Origin: Parcubacteria group bacterium GW2011_GWA1_56_13
GTDB lineage: Bacteria; Patescibacteriota; Minisyncoccia; Phycocordibacterales; Phycocordibacteraceae
Reading direction: 5' to 3'
Length of the DNA: 37,658 nt
Assembly: GCA_001004905.1 (NCBI GenBank)
Contig: LCRY01000002.1
Span: 69,747-107,404, forward strand
Shown: positions 7,853 to 17,021 of the stretch, in pieces
How positions within the stretch are numbered: position 1 is the first letter of the stretch
How the letters are laid out: every line of letters begins with the position of its first letter
Notes under the pieces: model-generated
The model's database searches: none
What the model was told of the DNA's origin: nothing
What the model saw: the letters and a program-made list of their open reading frames with translations, nothing else
Translations under genes and position numbers: made by a program

Positions 7853-10800
7853 AACTGGATCTAATGACCCACTGGTCCAATTTGGGAGTTGGGGACTCAC
7901 AGATAACCATGCTGTAACACTGATGAACGGAGCTGGAGAATTAGATCTCTTTGTATCTGGGGCGAGCGACACCTTCATGCTCGGGACAACGCAGGGGGAT
8001 GTCGGAATGTTCTTTACTTCAGGTGACGATTTCCACCTAGGCAATAAGAACGCCTCGCCGTACGTGACTGTCAAAGACGGCGGCAACGTCGGCATCGGGA
8101 TATTAAGTCCCACGGCGCTATTAGATGTGAGTGCTGCAGCAGCGAGCACCGATATAGTGAGAATAAGAGCCGGTGGCGCTGGGATTTCATTAGGCACCAA
8201 CGCTTCCGGGTTCGGCCTCATAGGAAATACAGCATTTGGAAGTGTCATTACAATAGATACAAGCGGCAACGTCGGCATCGGCGATACCACGCCGAGCTAC
8301 AAACTGGAGGTTAACGGAGATTTTAATGCCACGGCTGTCTACTCAAACGGCGTCCTCCTTTCGCCGGGCACGGGTTCCAACTGGTCGGTAAGCGGCTCCG
8401 ACATCTATCGCTCGGCAGGAAACGTCGGCATCGGGACGACGAGTCCGCAAAGCTTACTGCATTTAAGCAGTTCAAGCATAGATGGTGTTCATTTTAGACT
8501 TGAAAGCGCAGATACCGGCGGAAACGTATGGGAAATCATTTCTACCGGTTCAAATAACGACGGCGGCGCTGGTAATTTGAGGTTCTATAACGGCATAACC
8601 GGAGTGGGGCCGGTATTTACAAGCACCGGCAACGTCGGCATCGGGACGACGAGTCCGCAAAGCCCGCTCCATATCGAGAACGGCAGTCCGCTCATCGTGA
8701 CTTTTGACAATGACGCCGCTATGTCTGCGTCACGGCCCGCATGGGCAGCAGGCGCGACGGGTGCGCTATATGAAATAGGTTCTATCACAAGCTATTCGGG
8801 GACTATAGTGAACGACGTTACGGCGCGCTTGGTAATCGATGCTTCCGGCCTCGTCGGCATCGGGACGTCGACGCCGGGGGCGAAGTTGGAAATTTATGAT
8901 GACACTTTTGGGGGCGCGACACCGCTCGCGGTCTACGGTAACTCGGACAACATTACCATTACGGATATTTCGACAAACAGACAAAACCAAGGTTCGTTAC
9001 TCTATATTTCTACGCCCAATGAGTTGAGCAACAGTAATAGCATTGGTATGTTCGGCGTCGGAGATGCCAGCGACACGGGGCAGAAAGGCAACTTGTTCCA
9101 CATTACGCAAACCGGCAACGTCGGCATCGGGACGACGACGCCAGGGCGAGCATTACATGTTCTTTCATCAGGAGATCAGGCAATATTTGAAGGCACGGGA
9201 AACGCAGGTGTGGATATTCGAGCACAAGGTGCTGAGGCCGGTAATTTAGCTTATCTTGACCTCGCGACTAACAGCACCGGTGTTGCCACCCCGGATTACA
9301 ACGTCCGCATCGCTGGCTACGAAGACAACAGCCTTAGAATTTATTCCAGCGACACAAATGAACGCATCCGAATGACAAGCGACGGCAACGTCGGCATCGG
9401 GACGACGAGTCCATGGTCTATAGCAACTAACTATGGAACTCTGGCTATCGGCGGGACTGACGGTGGGGGTCTTCGGTTTGGGAAAAATAACGGCGGTACA
9501 GCCCGATTCTATGCTGATGACGGAGGCATGTTCCTTCAGGTAGCAAGTACAACTCTTCCCATGGTATTTGCGACGGGAGGTAACGAACGCATACGTATTG
9601 ATAAAGACGGCAACGTCGGCATCGGGACGACAAGTCCTGCGGCACAAGGTTCCGGAGCATCGCCGCGCATTTTAGAGGTTTATGGCGGAAGTGATGTCGG
9701 GATGCTTAATCTTAGTAGTAGTGCCACCAGCGACGGTTCTTCTGCTGGTGCAGTGGCTTTTATCACGAGTGCCAGTCCATCTGCAGACAAGCGTCTTGGT
9801 CTTGTCGTCGGCGCAAACGACGGCAGTTCAGCGGCATCGACGAATGGACGGCTTACTTTCTGGACAAATAATGCAGGAACAATTGCCGAACGGATGAGAA
9901 TAGATAAAAGCGGCAACGTCGGCATCGGGACGACGGACACGAGCACCTATAAGGTGAACGTGAACGGTTCGCTCAACGCCACGGAGATCCGCGTGAACGG
10001 AGTAGTGCTAAATCCCGGCACCGGCTCCAACTGGACGGTGAGTGGCTCTGACATCTACCGCCTCGCCGGCAACGTCGGCATCGGCACGACGAGCCCGGCT
10101 AGCCTCCTTCATGTAAACGGTCCTGGAACGTTTACGCCTTTTGGCGGCTCTGATGCGCGCCAAGTCGTCATCACGACGCCCGGTGGGACCGATGGAGGTA
10201 TCGTTCTAAGTGCCAACTCGTCAGATGCGACGACGAGAGTGGATATTTCAAGAGTAAGCGGTGATTTGACATTCGCCCTCGGTTCAGGAACGGCCGAAAG
10301 AATGCGCATCACCTCTTCCGGCAACGTCGGCATCGGGACGACGACACCGTCGAATAAATTGACCATATATACCGGCAATATCGCGAACGCCAATGAGGGG
10401 ATATCGCTGACACGGGGCGCAGTCGGCGCGCCGCAGGACAATGTGTTCGGGATGCGCCTCAAGTCGGATGCTTCCGGGAATTACCGCGGAGCGTTCACGA
10501 TAACGAGCAATATCGGCAATCCCGAAACCGAGGCCTTGACGATCGGCACTGGCGGCAACGTCGGTATCGGGACGACGAGTCCGGAGACATTGCTCGATGT
10601 AAATAAAACCGTAGCAGGTGGAGAAGTGCAGCTGAGGGTAAAAAATCCTTCCAATTCTGCATCTGCAGCGGCCTCTGTAATAGTCGAAGTAGGCGGTTCG
10701 TCTGCGACGGGAGACGCCCGCTATGTAACTTCGGATGGGACTACCTACTGGGCATTTGGGCAAGATATAAGTGCATCAAATGCCTTTAAGATTTCTCAGA

Positions 10801-11303
10801 ATGCCGCGCTTGGCACAAACGACTTTTTGACAATTCTAACGAGCGGCAACGTCGGTATCGGGACGACGAGCCCGCAGGCTTTGTTGCATTTGAACAGTAC
10901 GGGGAACACGGTTTTAACAATAGAATCCGTTGGAGATAATAATCCTGCCATAAGATTCCGGTCAAACGACATTCAAAAGGCAGTTTTAGGTTATGACAAA
11001 GACATTGATGCTTTCAAAATATCTCACAGCGAATCGGGAACATCGTTCACAGACAATCAGTTGATTATAAAAAGCGGCAACGTCGGCATCGGCACGACGA
11101 CGCCGACCTCGTACGTCGGAGCAACGCGCGTACTGGACGTTTATAATGCGGTCGATACTTCTATTTCTATCGGCAAGGCGGGAAAGAATTACGAATTTTT
11201 CTTAGGCAGTGACAATGCTTTGACATTCCGCGATAGCACCGCGGGCGTAGTCCGAATGCTGATTTCCTCTTCCGGCCTCGTCGGCATCGGGACGACGAGT
11301 CCG
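5969..11303 (+). repeat. Dispersed in-frame ~30-bp repeat, consensus GGCAACGTCGGCATCGGGACGACGAGTCCG, ~23 copies
   Basis: Copies start near 5969, 6395, 6515, 6737, 6860, 7223, 7511, 7811, 8082, 8265, 8418, 8628, 8847, 9114, 9384, 9609, 9912, 10068, 10320, 10554, 10845, 11076, 11274. Confidence 0.9.
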
Positions 11304-13013
11304 GCCACCTTGCTTGAGGTAGGCGGCTCGACCAACAACATCACCTTCGACGGATACAAGAACTGCACGGGATACACCAGCAACAGCAACGGCCTCCTCG
11401 CCTGCACGGCTTCAGACCAGCGCCTAAAGCAGGACATCAGCCCGCTCGCGGGAGCGAGCGGGCTTGCGGCCATCGGCGCACTGAATCCCGTCTCCTTCTA
11501 TTGGAAACCCGCGGCCGAGCGCGGAACGAACGAGCAGTTCGGTCTCATCGCCCAGGATGTCCGGAACGTATTCCCGAATCTTGTTACCACCACGAACCCA
11601 ACTCCGCTTGCGCCCGACGGCACGCTCACCATCGACTACCAGGGCCTCATCGCCCCGATGGTCCTCGCGATACAGCAGTTGGATGCGCGGACAAAATTCA
11701 TCGTGAGCGCCGCATCGTCCACCGCGCTTACGGTCGGCAACGCGGGCGACATCGGCGTCGGAACGTCGATCGCCGGCATCTCCGCCAAGTTCTCCGTCTC
11801 GGGAAATGTCTTCGCGACTTCATATGAGACCGCCAATATTCCCGCAACGTCCTTTACGCTCGGCAGCACGAATTCGACAAGCTCACCGCAAGCGACCTTC
11901 ACGGCGCAGATACCGAGCGCGGTTCTGACCGCGCTCGGTTCTGTGGACCTGTACAAACTCGCGACGTATAACCTTTCGGGCATTTCCGCGCTCGCGCTCG
12001 CGCTTGAAGAACAAGAAGCACGCATCACCTCTCTTGAGTCACGCGTCGCGGCGCTCGAGAACGGGACCATCACTTCGACCAGCGGCACGACATCTCTTTC
12101 CACCACCTCGCTCACTGACGCGCTCAATACTCTCGGCGTGTTCATTAAGAGCGGCTTCGCCCAGTTCGGCACGCTCGTCGCCGACCGATTCGTCGCCGCC
12201 GCCGATTCCGCCGGCACCGCCTCTGCCGGCACGGTTACCATCCTCGCGGGCAATACCGTCGCGCAGGTCAACAACGCGTACGTGACGCCGGCAACCAAAG
12301 TATTCATAACGTTCACCGCTCCGGTTACGGGCTCCTGGTACATCAACGACAAAAAAGCAGGTTCGTTCAAAGTGGTGCTCGCAAACGCGCAAACGACGGA
12401 CGCCTCATTCGATTACTTCCTCGTGCAGACCGAGGGGCAGATGGCGACCACCACGACGACTATCTCCGGACCGAGCGTGGAATTGAGCGGCGGCACTACC
12501 GCCACTTCGCAAACTACGACCACCTCGACTACGCTCACTGCAGGCACGACGGACACGTCAACCACTACCGCAACCTCGACTGTAGGAACGACCGGTCCTA
12601 CGGCAACGACAACTCCCTCCTCGAGCGACACCATCGCACCAGTGGTCACGCTCAACGGCGACGCCGCCATGCAGATAACGGTGGGCGACACCTTCACCGA
12701 CCCCGGCGCCACCGCCTCCGACCCTCCGACTGATAGCTCGGAGCAGGCGACCGACCTCACGGCACATATAACTGTATCGGGTGCGGTTAATACCGCCACC
12801 GCAGGGCTCTACACCCTGACCTACTCCGCCACCGACGCGGCGGGGAATACCGGCTCCGCCTCCCGCGTCGTGACGGTGGCCGCCCCCGCAACTTCGACAA
12901 GCTCACCGCAGGCAAGCTCGCCATCTGACGGCACTACCACGACCACCATCGACACAACCACCTCTTCGACCGACACGACCTCCGCCCCTCCAGTCGACAC
13001 CACCTCTCCATAA
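7839..13013 (+). CDS. Giant surface/fibre protein, C-terminal part (15 GNVGIGTT modules, peptidase S74 intramolecular chaperone, coiled coil, DUF5011-like Ig, Thr-rich tail)
   Basis: SDQRLKQDI...LNPVSFYWK...GLIAQDV...IDYQGLIAPMVLAIQQL (S74). DTIAPVVTLNGD...FTDPGATASD...GLYTLTYSATDAAGN (Ig-like). It continues the upstream ORF in another frame, so TTG 7839 is probably not a true start. Confidence 0.85.
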   Translation: MDVYKTGSNDPLVQFGSWGLTDNHAVTLMNGAGELDLFVSGASDTFMLGTTQGDVGMFFTSGDDFHLGNKNASPYVTVKDGGNVGIGILSPTALLDVSAAAASTDIVRIRAGGAGISLGTNASGFGLIGNTAFGSVITIDTSGNVGIGDTTPSYKLEVNGDFNATAVYSNGVLLSPGTGSNWSVSGSDIYRSAGNVGIGTTSPQSLLHLSSSSIDGVHFRLESADTGGNVWEIISTGSNNDGGAGNLRFYNGITGVGPVFTSTGNVGIGTTSPQSPLHIENGSPLIVTFDNDAAMSASRPAWAAGATGALYEIGSITSYSGTIVNDVTARLVIDASGLVGIGTSTPGAKLEIYDDTFGGATPLAVYGNSDNITITDISTNRQNQGSLLYISTPNELSNSNSIGMFGVGDASDTGQKGNLFHITQTGNVGIGTTTPGRALHVLSSGDQAIFEGTGNAGVDIRAQGAEAGNLAYLDLATNSTGVATPDYNVRIAGYEDNSLRIYSSDTNERIRMTSDGNVGIGTTSPWSIATNYGTLAIGGTDGGGLRFGKNNGGTARFYADDGGMFLQVASTTLPMVFATGGNERIRIDKDGNVGIGTTSPAAQGSGASPRILEVYGGSDVGMLNLSSSATSDGSSAGAVAFITSASPSADKRLGLVVGANDGSSAASTNGRLTFWTNNAGTIAERMRIDKSGNVGIGTTDTSTYKVNVNGSLNATEIRVNGVVLNPGTGSNWTVSGSDIYRLAGNVGIGTTSPASLLHVNGPGTFTPFGGSDARQVVITTPGGTDGGIVLSANSSDATTRVDISRVSGDLTFALGSGTAERMRITSSGNVGIGTTTPSNKLTIYTGNIANANEGISLTRGAVGAPQDNVFGMRLKSDASGNYRGAFTITSNIGNPETEALTIGTGGNVGIGTTSPETLLDVNKTVAGGEVQLRVKNPSNSASAAASVIVEVGGSSATGDARYVTSDGTTYWAFGQDISASNAFKISQNAALGTNDFLTILTSGNVGIGTTSPQALLHLNSTGNTVLTIESVGDNNPAIRFRSNDIQKAVLGYDKDIDAFKISHSESGTSFTDNQLIIKSGNVGIGTTTPTSYVGATRVLDVYNAVDTSISIGKAGKNYEFFLGSDNALTFRDSTAGVVRMLISSSGLVGIGTTSPATLLEVGGSTNNITFDGYKNCTGYTSNSNGLLACTASDQRLKQDISPLAGASGLAAIGALNPVSFYWKPAAERGTNEQFGLIAQDVRNVFPNLVTTTNPTPLAPDGTLTIDYQGLIAPMVLAIQQLDARTKFIVSAASSTALTVGNAGDIGVGTSIAGISAKFSVSGNVFATSYETANIPATSFTLGSTNSTSSPQATFTAQIPSAVLTALGSVDLYKLATYNLSGISALALALEEQEARITSLESRVAALENGTITSTSGTTSLSTTSLTDALNTLGVFIKSGFAQFGTLVADRFVAAADSAGTASAGTVTILAGNTVAQVNNAYVTPATKVFITFTAPVTGSWYINDKKAGSFKVVLANAQTTDASFDYFLVQTEGQMATTTTTISGPSVELSGGTTATSQTTTTSTTLTAGTTDTSTTTATSTVGTTGPTATTTPSSSDTIAPVVTLNGDAAMQITVGDTFTDPGATASDPPTDSSEQATDLTAHITVSGAVNTATAGLYTLTYSATDAAGNTGSASRVVTVAAPATSTSSPQASSPSDGTTTTTIDTTTSSTDTTSAPPVDTTSP

Positions 13014-13017
13014 TTCA

Positions 13018-13044
13018 CCACTTGGCGGTCTCACCGCCAAGTGG
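13018..13044. repeat. REP-like palindrome copy 1 (CCACTTGGCGGT-CTC-ACCGCCAAGTGG)
   Basis: Perfect 12-bp arms, 3-nt loop, upstream of the transposase. Confidence 0.9.
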
Positions 13045-13250
13045 ATTGTCAACTGAGTGGTATAAAATGCAGTTATGGGCACGAGGAAAAAAGCTTTTAC
13101 AAACGGAGAATTCTTTCATATTTACAACAGAGGCGTTGATAAGCGCACTATCTTCAGCGACGGTCATGACCAACACAGATTTTTCACAAGCATGATCGAA
13201 TTCAATACCATAGATCCGATAGGAAGCTTGTATGAGAACTCCTTTCACCA

Positions 13251-13273
13251 ACTTGGCGGTGAGACCGCCAAGT
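13251..13273. repeat. REP-like palindrome copy 2, inside the transposase CDS (ACTTGGCGGT-GAG-ACCGCCAAGT)
   Basis: 10-bp arms; translated as QLGGETAKS. Confidence 0.9.
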
Positions 13274-13524
13274 CAGAAGAACGATTGGTCAATATCATTG
13301 CTTTTTGTCTGAATCCAAATCATTTTCATTTTATTCTGGAACAATTAACGGATAGGGGTATCAGTGAATTTATGAGGAGATTGAGCGGTGGATATACCTG
13401 GTATTTCAATAATAAATATGAAAGAAGCGGTTCTTTATTTCAGGGCGTATTTAAAGATGTACATATCGATTCCAATGAGTACTTGCTCCATCTCAGCGCC
13501 TATGTGAACTTAAATGATCGGGCC

Positions 13525-13557
13525 CACCAACTTGGCGGTCTCACCGCCAAGTTGGTG
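13525..13557. repeat. REP-like palindrome copy 3, inside the transposase CDS (CACCAACTTGGCGGT-CTC-ACCGCCAAGTTGGTG)
   Basis: 15-bp arms; translated as HQLGGLTAKLV. Confidence 0.9.
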
Positions 13558-13735
13558 AGCAGTAAGTCGAGTTGGGAAGAATATACAAATGGAGGAAACG
13601 AGGGAATTTGTGAAAAAGAAATTGTCCTAGGTCAATTCAAGAACACGGGCGAGTATAAGAAATTTGCACTCGATTCTCTCGATGCGATTATACGGAGAAA
13701 AGCAGAGCCAAAAGAGCTTGATATATATTTGGAAT

Positions 13736-13766
13736 AGTCACTTGGCGGTGAGACCGCCAAGTGACT
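13736..13766. repeat. REP-like palindrome copy 4 (AGTCACTTGGCGGT-GAG-ACCGCCAAGTGACT)
   Basis: 14-bp arms, overlapping the transposase stop codon. Confidence 0.9.
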
Positions 13767-13853
13767 GTATTGGGCGGTTCGATCAAAGCAGTAGACGGTT
13801 TCCATAGGGTTCCATAGGGTACAATGGAGAGGTCGGGACTCATTCGCCATTCC

Positions 13854-13888
13854 TTATTCTGAATTCTTAATTCTCTATTCCTAATTCT
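13854..13888 (+). repeat. Heptamer tandem repeat (TAATTCT-like x5)
   Basis: TTATTCT GAATTCT TAATTCT CTATTCC TAATTCT just upstream of gap. Confidence 0.7.
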
Positions 13889-13896
13889 CGCATCTT

Positions 13897-14919
13897 ATGG
13901 CCATTCGCGTCGCTATTAACGGGTTCGGGAGGATAGGCCGCGCATTCGCCCGCCGCTCGCACGGTCGTGGCGTTACGATCGTTGCGATAAACGATCTTGG
14001 TTCGCTCGAGAATCTTGCCTACCTCCTCACCTATGACACTGTGTACGGCCGAGCGCCCTTCACCGTGGAGGCAAAAGACGGGAAACTGATACTCGACGGC
14101 AAAGGGGCGAAATTCTTTTCGGAAAAAGACCCGGCGAACCTTCCGTGGAAAGACCTCGATATCGATGTCGTCGTCGAGTCGACTGGATTCTTCACCGACT
14201 ACGAGAAGGCGCGGGCGCATGTCACAGCGGGTGCGAAGCGCGTGGTCATCACCGCGCCGGTGAAGGGGAATTCAAGCGCCGGCGCAACGGTTCTCGTCGG
14301 TCTGAATGAGGAGAAACTCGCGACGTGCGAGATAAGCTCGAACGCGTCATGTACGACGAACTCCGCAAGTCCGGTCATCGCCATTCTCGACGAAACCATC
14401 GGCATCGAGAAAGCGATACTCTCCACGGCGCATGCATATACGGCGAGTCAGTCCATCGTGGACAGTCCCTCGAAGAAGGACAAAAAAGAGGGAAGAGCGG
14501 CGGCGCAAAACATCGTGCCGACAACGACCGGCGCCGCGATAGCCGTTACCGATGCGTATCCGCAATTGACAGGAAAGTTCGACGGCATAGCATTGCGCGT
14601 TCCCGTTCCGGCCGGATCCATCGCCGACATTACGTTTCTCGCGAAGCGCTCAACGACCGCGGAGGAAGTGAATGACATCTTGCGCGAGGCCGCAAAAAGC
14701 TCCCGCTGGCAGGGTATCTTCAAGGTGACCGATGAGGAGCTCGTGTCGAGCGATATCATCGGCGAGCCCTACGCTTCCATCGCGGACCTCGGCATGACGC
14801 GCGTGGTCGACGGCACGCTGGTGAAGGTGCTTACGTGGTACGACAACGAAATGGGGTACACCGAATCGCTCGTCAGGCATGTGCTCGCCGCCGCTAATAG
14901 TTCGACCAACTCACCATAA
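13897..14919 (+). CDS. gap: Type I glyceraldehyde-3-phosphate dehydrogenase
   Basis: AINGFGRIGR, SNASCTTN, NIVPTTTGAA, WYDNEMGY. Confidence 0.98.
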   Translation: MAIRVAINGFGRIGRAFARRSHGRGVTIVAINDLGSLENLAYLLTYDTVYGRAPFTVEAKDGKLILDGKGAKFFSEKDPANLPWKDLDIDVVVESTGFFTDYEKARAHVTAGAKRVVITAPVKGNSSAGATVLVGLNEEKLATCEISSNASCTTNSASPVIAILDETIGIEKAILSTAHAYTASQSIVDSPSKKDKKEGRAAAQNIVPTTTGAAIAVTDAYPQLTGKFDGIALRVPVPAGSIADITFLAKRSTTAEEVNDILREAAKSSRWQGIFKVTDEELVSSDIIGEPYASIADLGMTRVVDGTLVKVLTWYDNEMGYTESLVRHVLAAANSSTNSP

Positions 14920-15420
14920 ATGCCCAAGATTTTCATCGCCGCCGACCACGCCGGATTCGCGCTCAAGAACGCGCTCGTCGAGCACATCCGCATGCTCGGA
15001 TACGACGTGGAAGATATGGGAGCGTTCTCTCAGGATCGCGACGATGACTATCCGGATTTCATGATGCCGCTTGCCGAACGCGTCGCAAAAGAAAACGCGC
15101 GCGCCGCGGATGCCGCGCGCGGCATCATCATCGGCGGCAGCGGACAGGGAGAGGCGATGTGCGTTAATCGAGTGAAAGGCGTCCGCGCCGCCGTATTCTA
15201 CGGGCCAATGCGCGTAACAGAGGCGCTTGACGTCGAAGGAGGCCGCTCCGAGGACGGCTTTGACGCGGTGCGACTTCCGCGCCGACATAACAACGCGAAT
15301 ATACTCTCCATCGGCGCCCGTTTCGTTTCCGGGGACGAAGCCGATGAAGCAGTCCGCATCTTCCTTGAGACCCCTTTTTCCGGTTCGCCGCGCCACGCGC
15401 GCCGGCTCGCGAAATTCTAG
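14920..15420 (+). CDS. rpiB: Ribose-5-phosphate isomerase B (RpiB/LacA/LacB family)
   Basis: IAADHAGF, DDYPDF, GIIIGGSGQGE, HNNANILSIGARF, RHARRL. Confidence 0.93.
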   Translation: MPKIFIAADHAGFALKNALVEHIRMLGYDVEDMGAFSQDRDDDYPDFMMPLAERVAKENARAADAARGIIIGGSGQGEAMCVNRVKGVRAAVFYGPMRVTEALDVEGGRSEDGFDAVRLPRRHNNANILSIGARFVSGDEADEAVRIFLETPFSGSPRHARRLAKF

Positions 15421-15423
15421 CGC

Positions 15424-16122
15424 ATGAATCTCGTCGTCCCGGCCGTGCTCCCCATCTCGTCCAAGGACTTTGAGGAAAAACTTTCCTTGCTCACGCGCAT
15501 CGCTTCGGTCAGCCGGGTGCAGATAGACGTCGTGGACGGTACCTTCGCGGCACCGGCGTCCTGGCCGTATACCGCTCCCGCGGAACTGCAGCGCCGGGTC
15601 AAACGCAATGCAATGCTGCCGGCGCTCGACCGGATCGAGTACGAGATCGACCTCATGTGCTTCGACGCCGAACATGCGGCGGCGCCGTGGCTTGCGCTCG
15701 GCGCCACACGTCTCACTTTCCATGCAAAAAGCGCGGTGGACGTGCCGCGCCTGCTCGCATCCGCGCGGAAACGCTATGGTTCTTTCGTTTCTTACGGCCT
15801 GGCGCTCGATATTACGGACAATATCGCGCTCGTCGAACCCTTTATCGGCGAACTATCCTACGTGCAGTTCATGGGCATCGCGCACATCGGAAGGCAAGGC
15901 GAGCCGTTCGACGAGCGCGTTTATGAGAAGGTGCGCACATTCCACCTATGGCATCCGGAGGTTGCGATACAGGTTGACGGCGGTATTTCCTTCAAGTCCG
16001 CGAAAAAGCTTGTCGCGCTCGATGTCACCAATCTCGTCATCGGCTCCGCCATTCTGCGCGCCAAGGATCCCGCCGCCGCCCTTGAGGCATTCGAGACGTT
16101 CACCACGCCGTATGGTGTGTGA
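15424..16122 (+). CDS. rpe: Ribulose-phosphate 3-epimerase family protein (divergent)
   Basis: VPAVL, QIDVVDGTF, VQFMG...GRQGEPF, IQVDGGI, LVIGSAI; lies between rpiB and tkt. Confidence 0.85.
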   Translation: MNLVVPAVLPISSKDFEEKLSLLTRIASVSRVQIDVVDGTFAAPASWPYTAPAELQRRVKRNAMLPALDRIEYEIDLMCFDAEHAAAPWLALGATRLTFHAKSAVDVPRLLASARKRYGSFVSYGLALDITDNIALVEPFIGELSYVQFMGIAHIGRQGEPFDERVYEKVRTFHLWHPEVAIQVDGGISFKSAKKLVALDVTNLVIGSAILRAKDPAAALEAFETFTTPYGV

Positions 16123-16163
16123 TGTTTGAAAAAGCGGCGGTTCCCCGTGCTACCCTATACGAT

Positions 16164-17021
16164 ATGGCACTTACGGACGAACAAGTGCGCGCACTCGAAA
16201 AGCACGCGGAAGCTATCCGGGAGACGGTCATCCAGATGCTCGTCGCCGCGGAGAGCGGACACACGGCCGGCCCCTTGGGCATGGCGGATATCTTCACCGC
16301 TTTTTATTTTCATATACTCGCGCACGACCCGAAAAAGCCGGACTCCGAGGAGCGTGACCGCCTCATCCTGTCGAACGGCCACATTTGCCCGGTGCGATAC
16401 GCCGCGATGGCGCATGCCGGCTACTTCCCCGTCGAAGAATGCCTCACGCTCAGGAAATTCGGCAGCCGGCTGCAGGGACACCCCGAGCGCCTGCGCCTTC
16501 CCGGCCTCGAAACGACCTCGGGACCTCTCGGAGAGGGCCTCTCGCAGGCCTCCGGCATCGCGTATGCCTTCCGCATGGACGGAAAAAAACAGCACGTCTA
16601 CTGCCTCATGAGCGATGGCGAACAGGAAGAGGGGAATGTTTGGGAAGCGGCCATGTTCGCGGGGAAATACAAGCTTTCGAACCTGACGGCGGTCATGGAC
16701 CGCAACAATATCCAGATAGATGGCATGACCGAAGACGTCATGCCGCTCGAGCCCGTCGCGGAAAAGTACCGCGCGTTCAATTGGCATGTTCTTGAAGTGG
16801 ATGGGCACAATATCGCCGCATTCATAGCGGCGGTGGAAGAGGCGAAGGCCATCTACGAAAAGCCGACCCTGGTCATCGCGCATACGATTCCCGGCAAGGG
16901 CGTATCCGAAATAGAATCCGACTACCGCTGGCACGGCAAGCCGCCGTCGAAAGAGGAAGCAAAACGATTTTTGAAGGACATCCGCACGATGAGCGGCAAG
17001 GTCCCGCACGAATATGCTTAA
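16164..17021 (+). CDS. Transketolase, N-terminal (TPP-binding) subunit
   Basis: SGHTAGPLG, RDRLILSNGH, LQGHP, GPLGEGLS, SDGEQEEGNVWEAA, DRNNIQIDG. ATG 16164 chosen because it follows a -10-like TGCTACCCT. Confidence 0.95.
   Translation: MALTDEQVRALEKHAEAIRETVIQMLVAAESGHTAGPLGMADIFTAFYFHILAHDPKKPDSEERDRLILSNGHICPVRYAAMAHAGYFPVEECLTLRKFGSRLQGHPERLRLPGLETTSGPLGEGLSQASGIAYAFRMDGKKQHVYCLMSDGEQEEGNVWEAAMFAGKYKLSNLTAVMDRNNIQIDGMTEDVMPLEPVAEKYRAFNWHVLEVDGHNIAAFIAAVEEAKAIYEKPTLVIAHTIPGKGVSEIESDYRWHGKPPSKEEAKRFLKDIRTMSGKVPHEYA

Larger units (their letters stand above)
13075..13737 (+). mobile_element. REP-associated tyrosine transposase (RAYT-like, Y1 HUH / IS200-like superfamily)
   Basis: FHIYNRGVDKRTIF, AFCLNPNHFHFIL (HUH), YFNNKYERSGSLFQGVFK, SAYVNLN (catalytic Tyr region), SSWEEY. 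Markedly AT-rich against its neighbours and flanked by palindromes. Confidence 0.9.

Noticed and set aside
5969-11303. CRISPR array (30-bp repeats with unique spacers)
   Set aside because: Spacers are far too long and variable, repeats are in frame and degenerate, and no cas genes are present.
11826-11836. GAGACCGCCAA matching part of the RAYT palindrome inside the giant gene
   Set aside because: Only 11 nt with no second arm; compatible with chance.
3851-13013. Prophage, suggested by the tail-fibre-like repeats and S74 chaperone
   Set aside because: No capsid, terminase, portal or integrase genes; the protein has a TM anchor and sits among housekeeping genes.
13018-13766. Classical IS with terminal inverted repeats, or an IS605 element with tnpB
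   Set aside because: The enzyme is HUH/Y1 rather than DDE, no target-site duplication is evident, and no tnpB is present.
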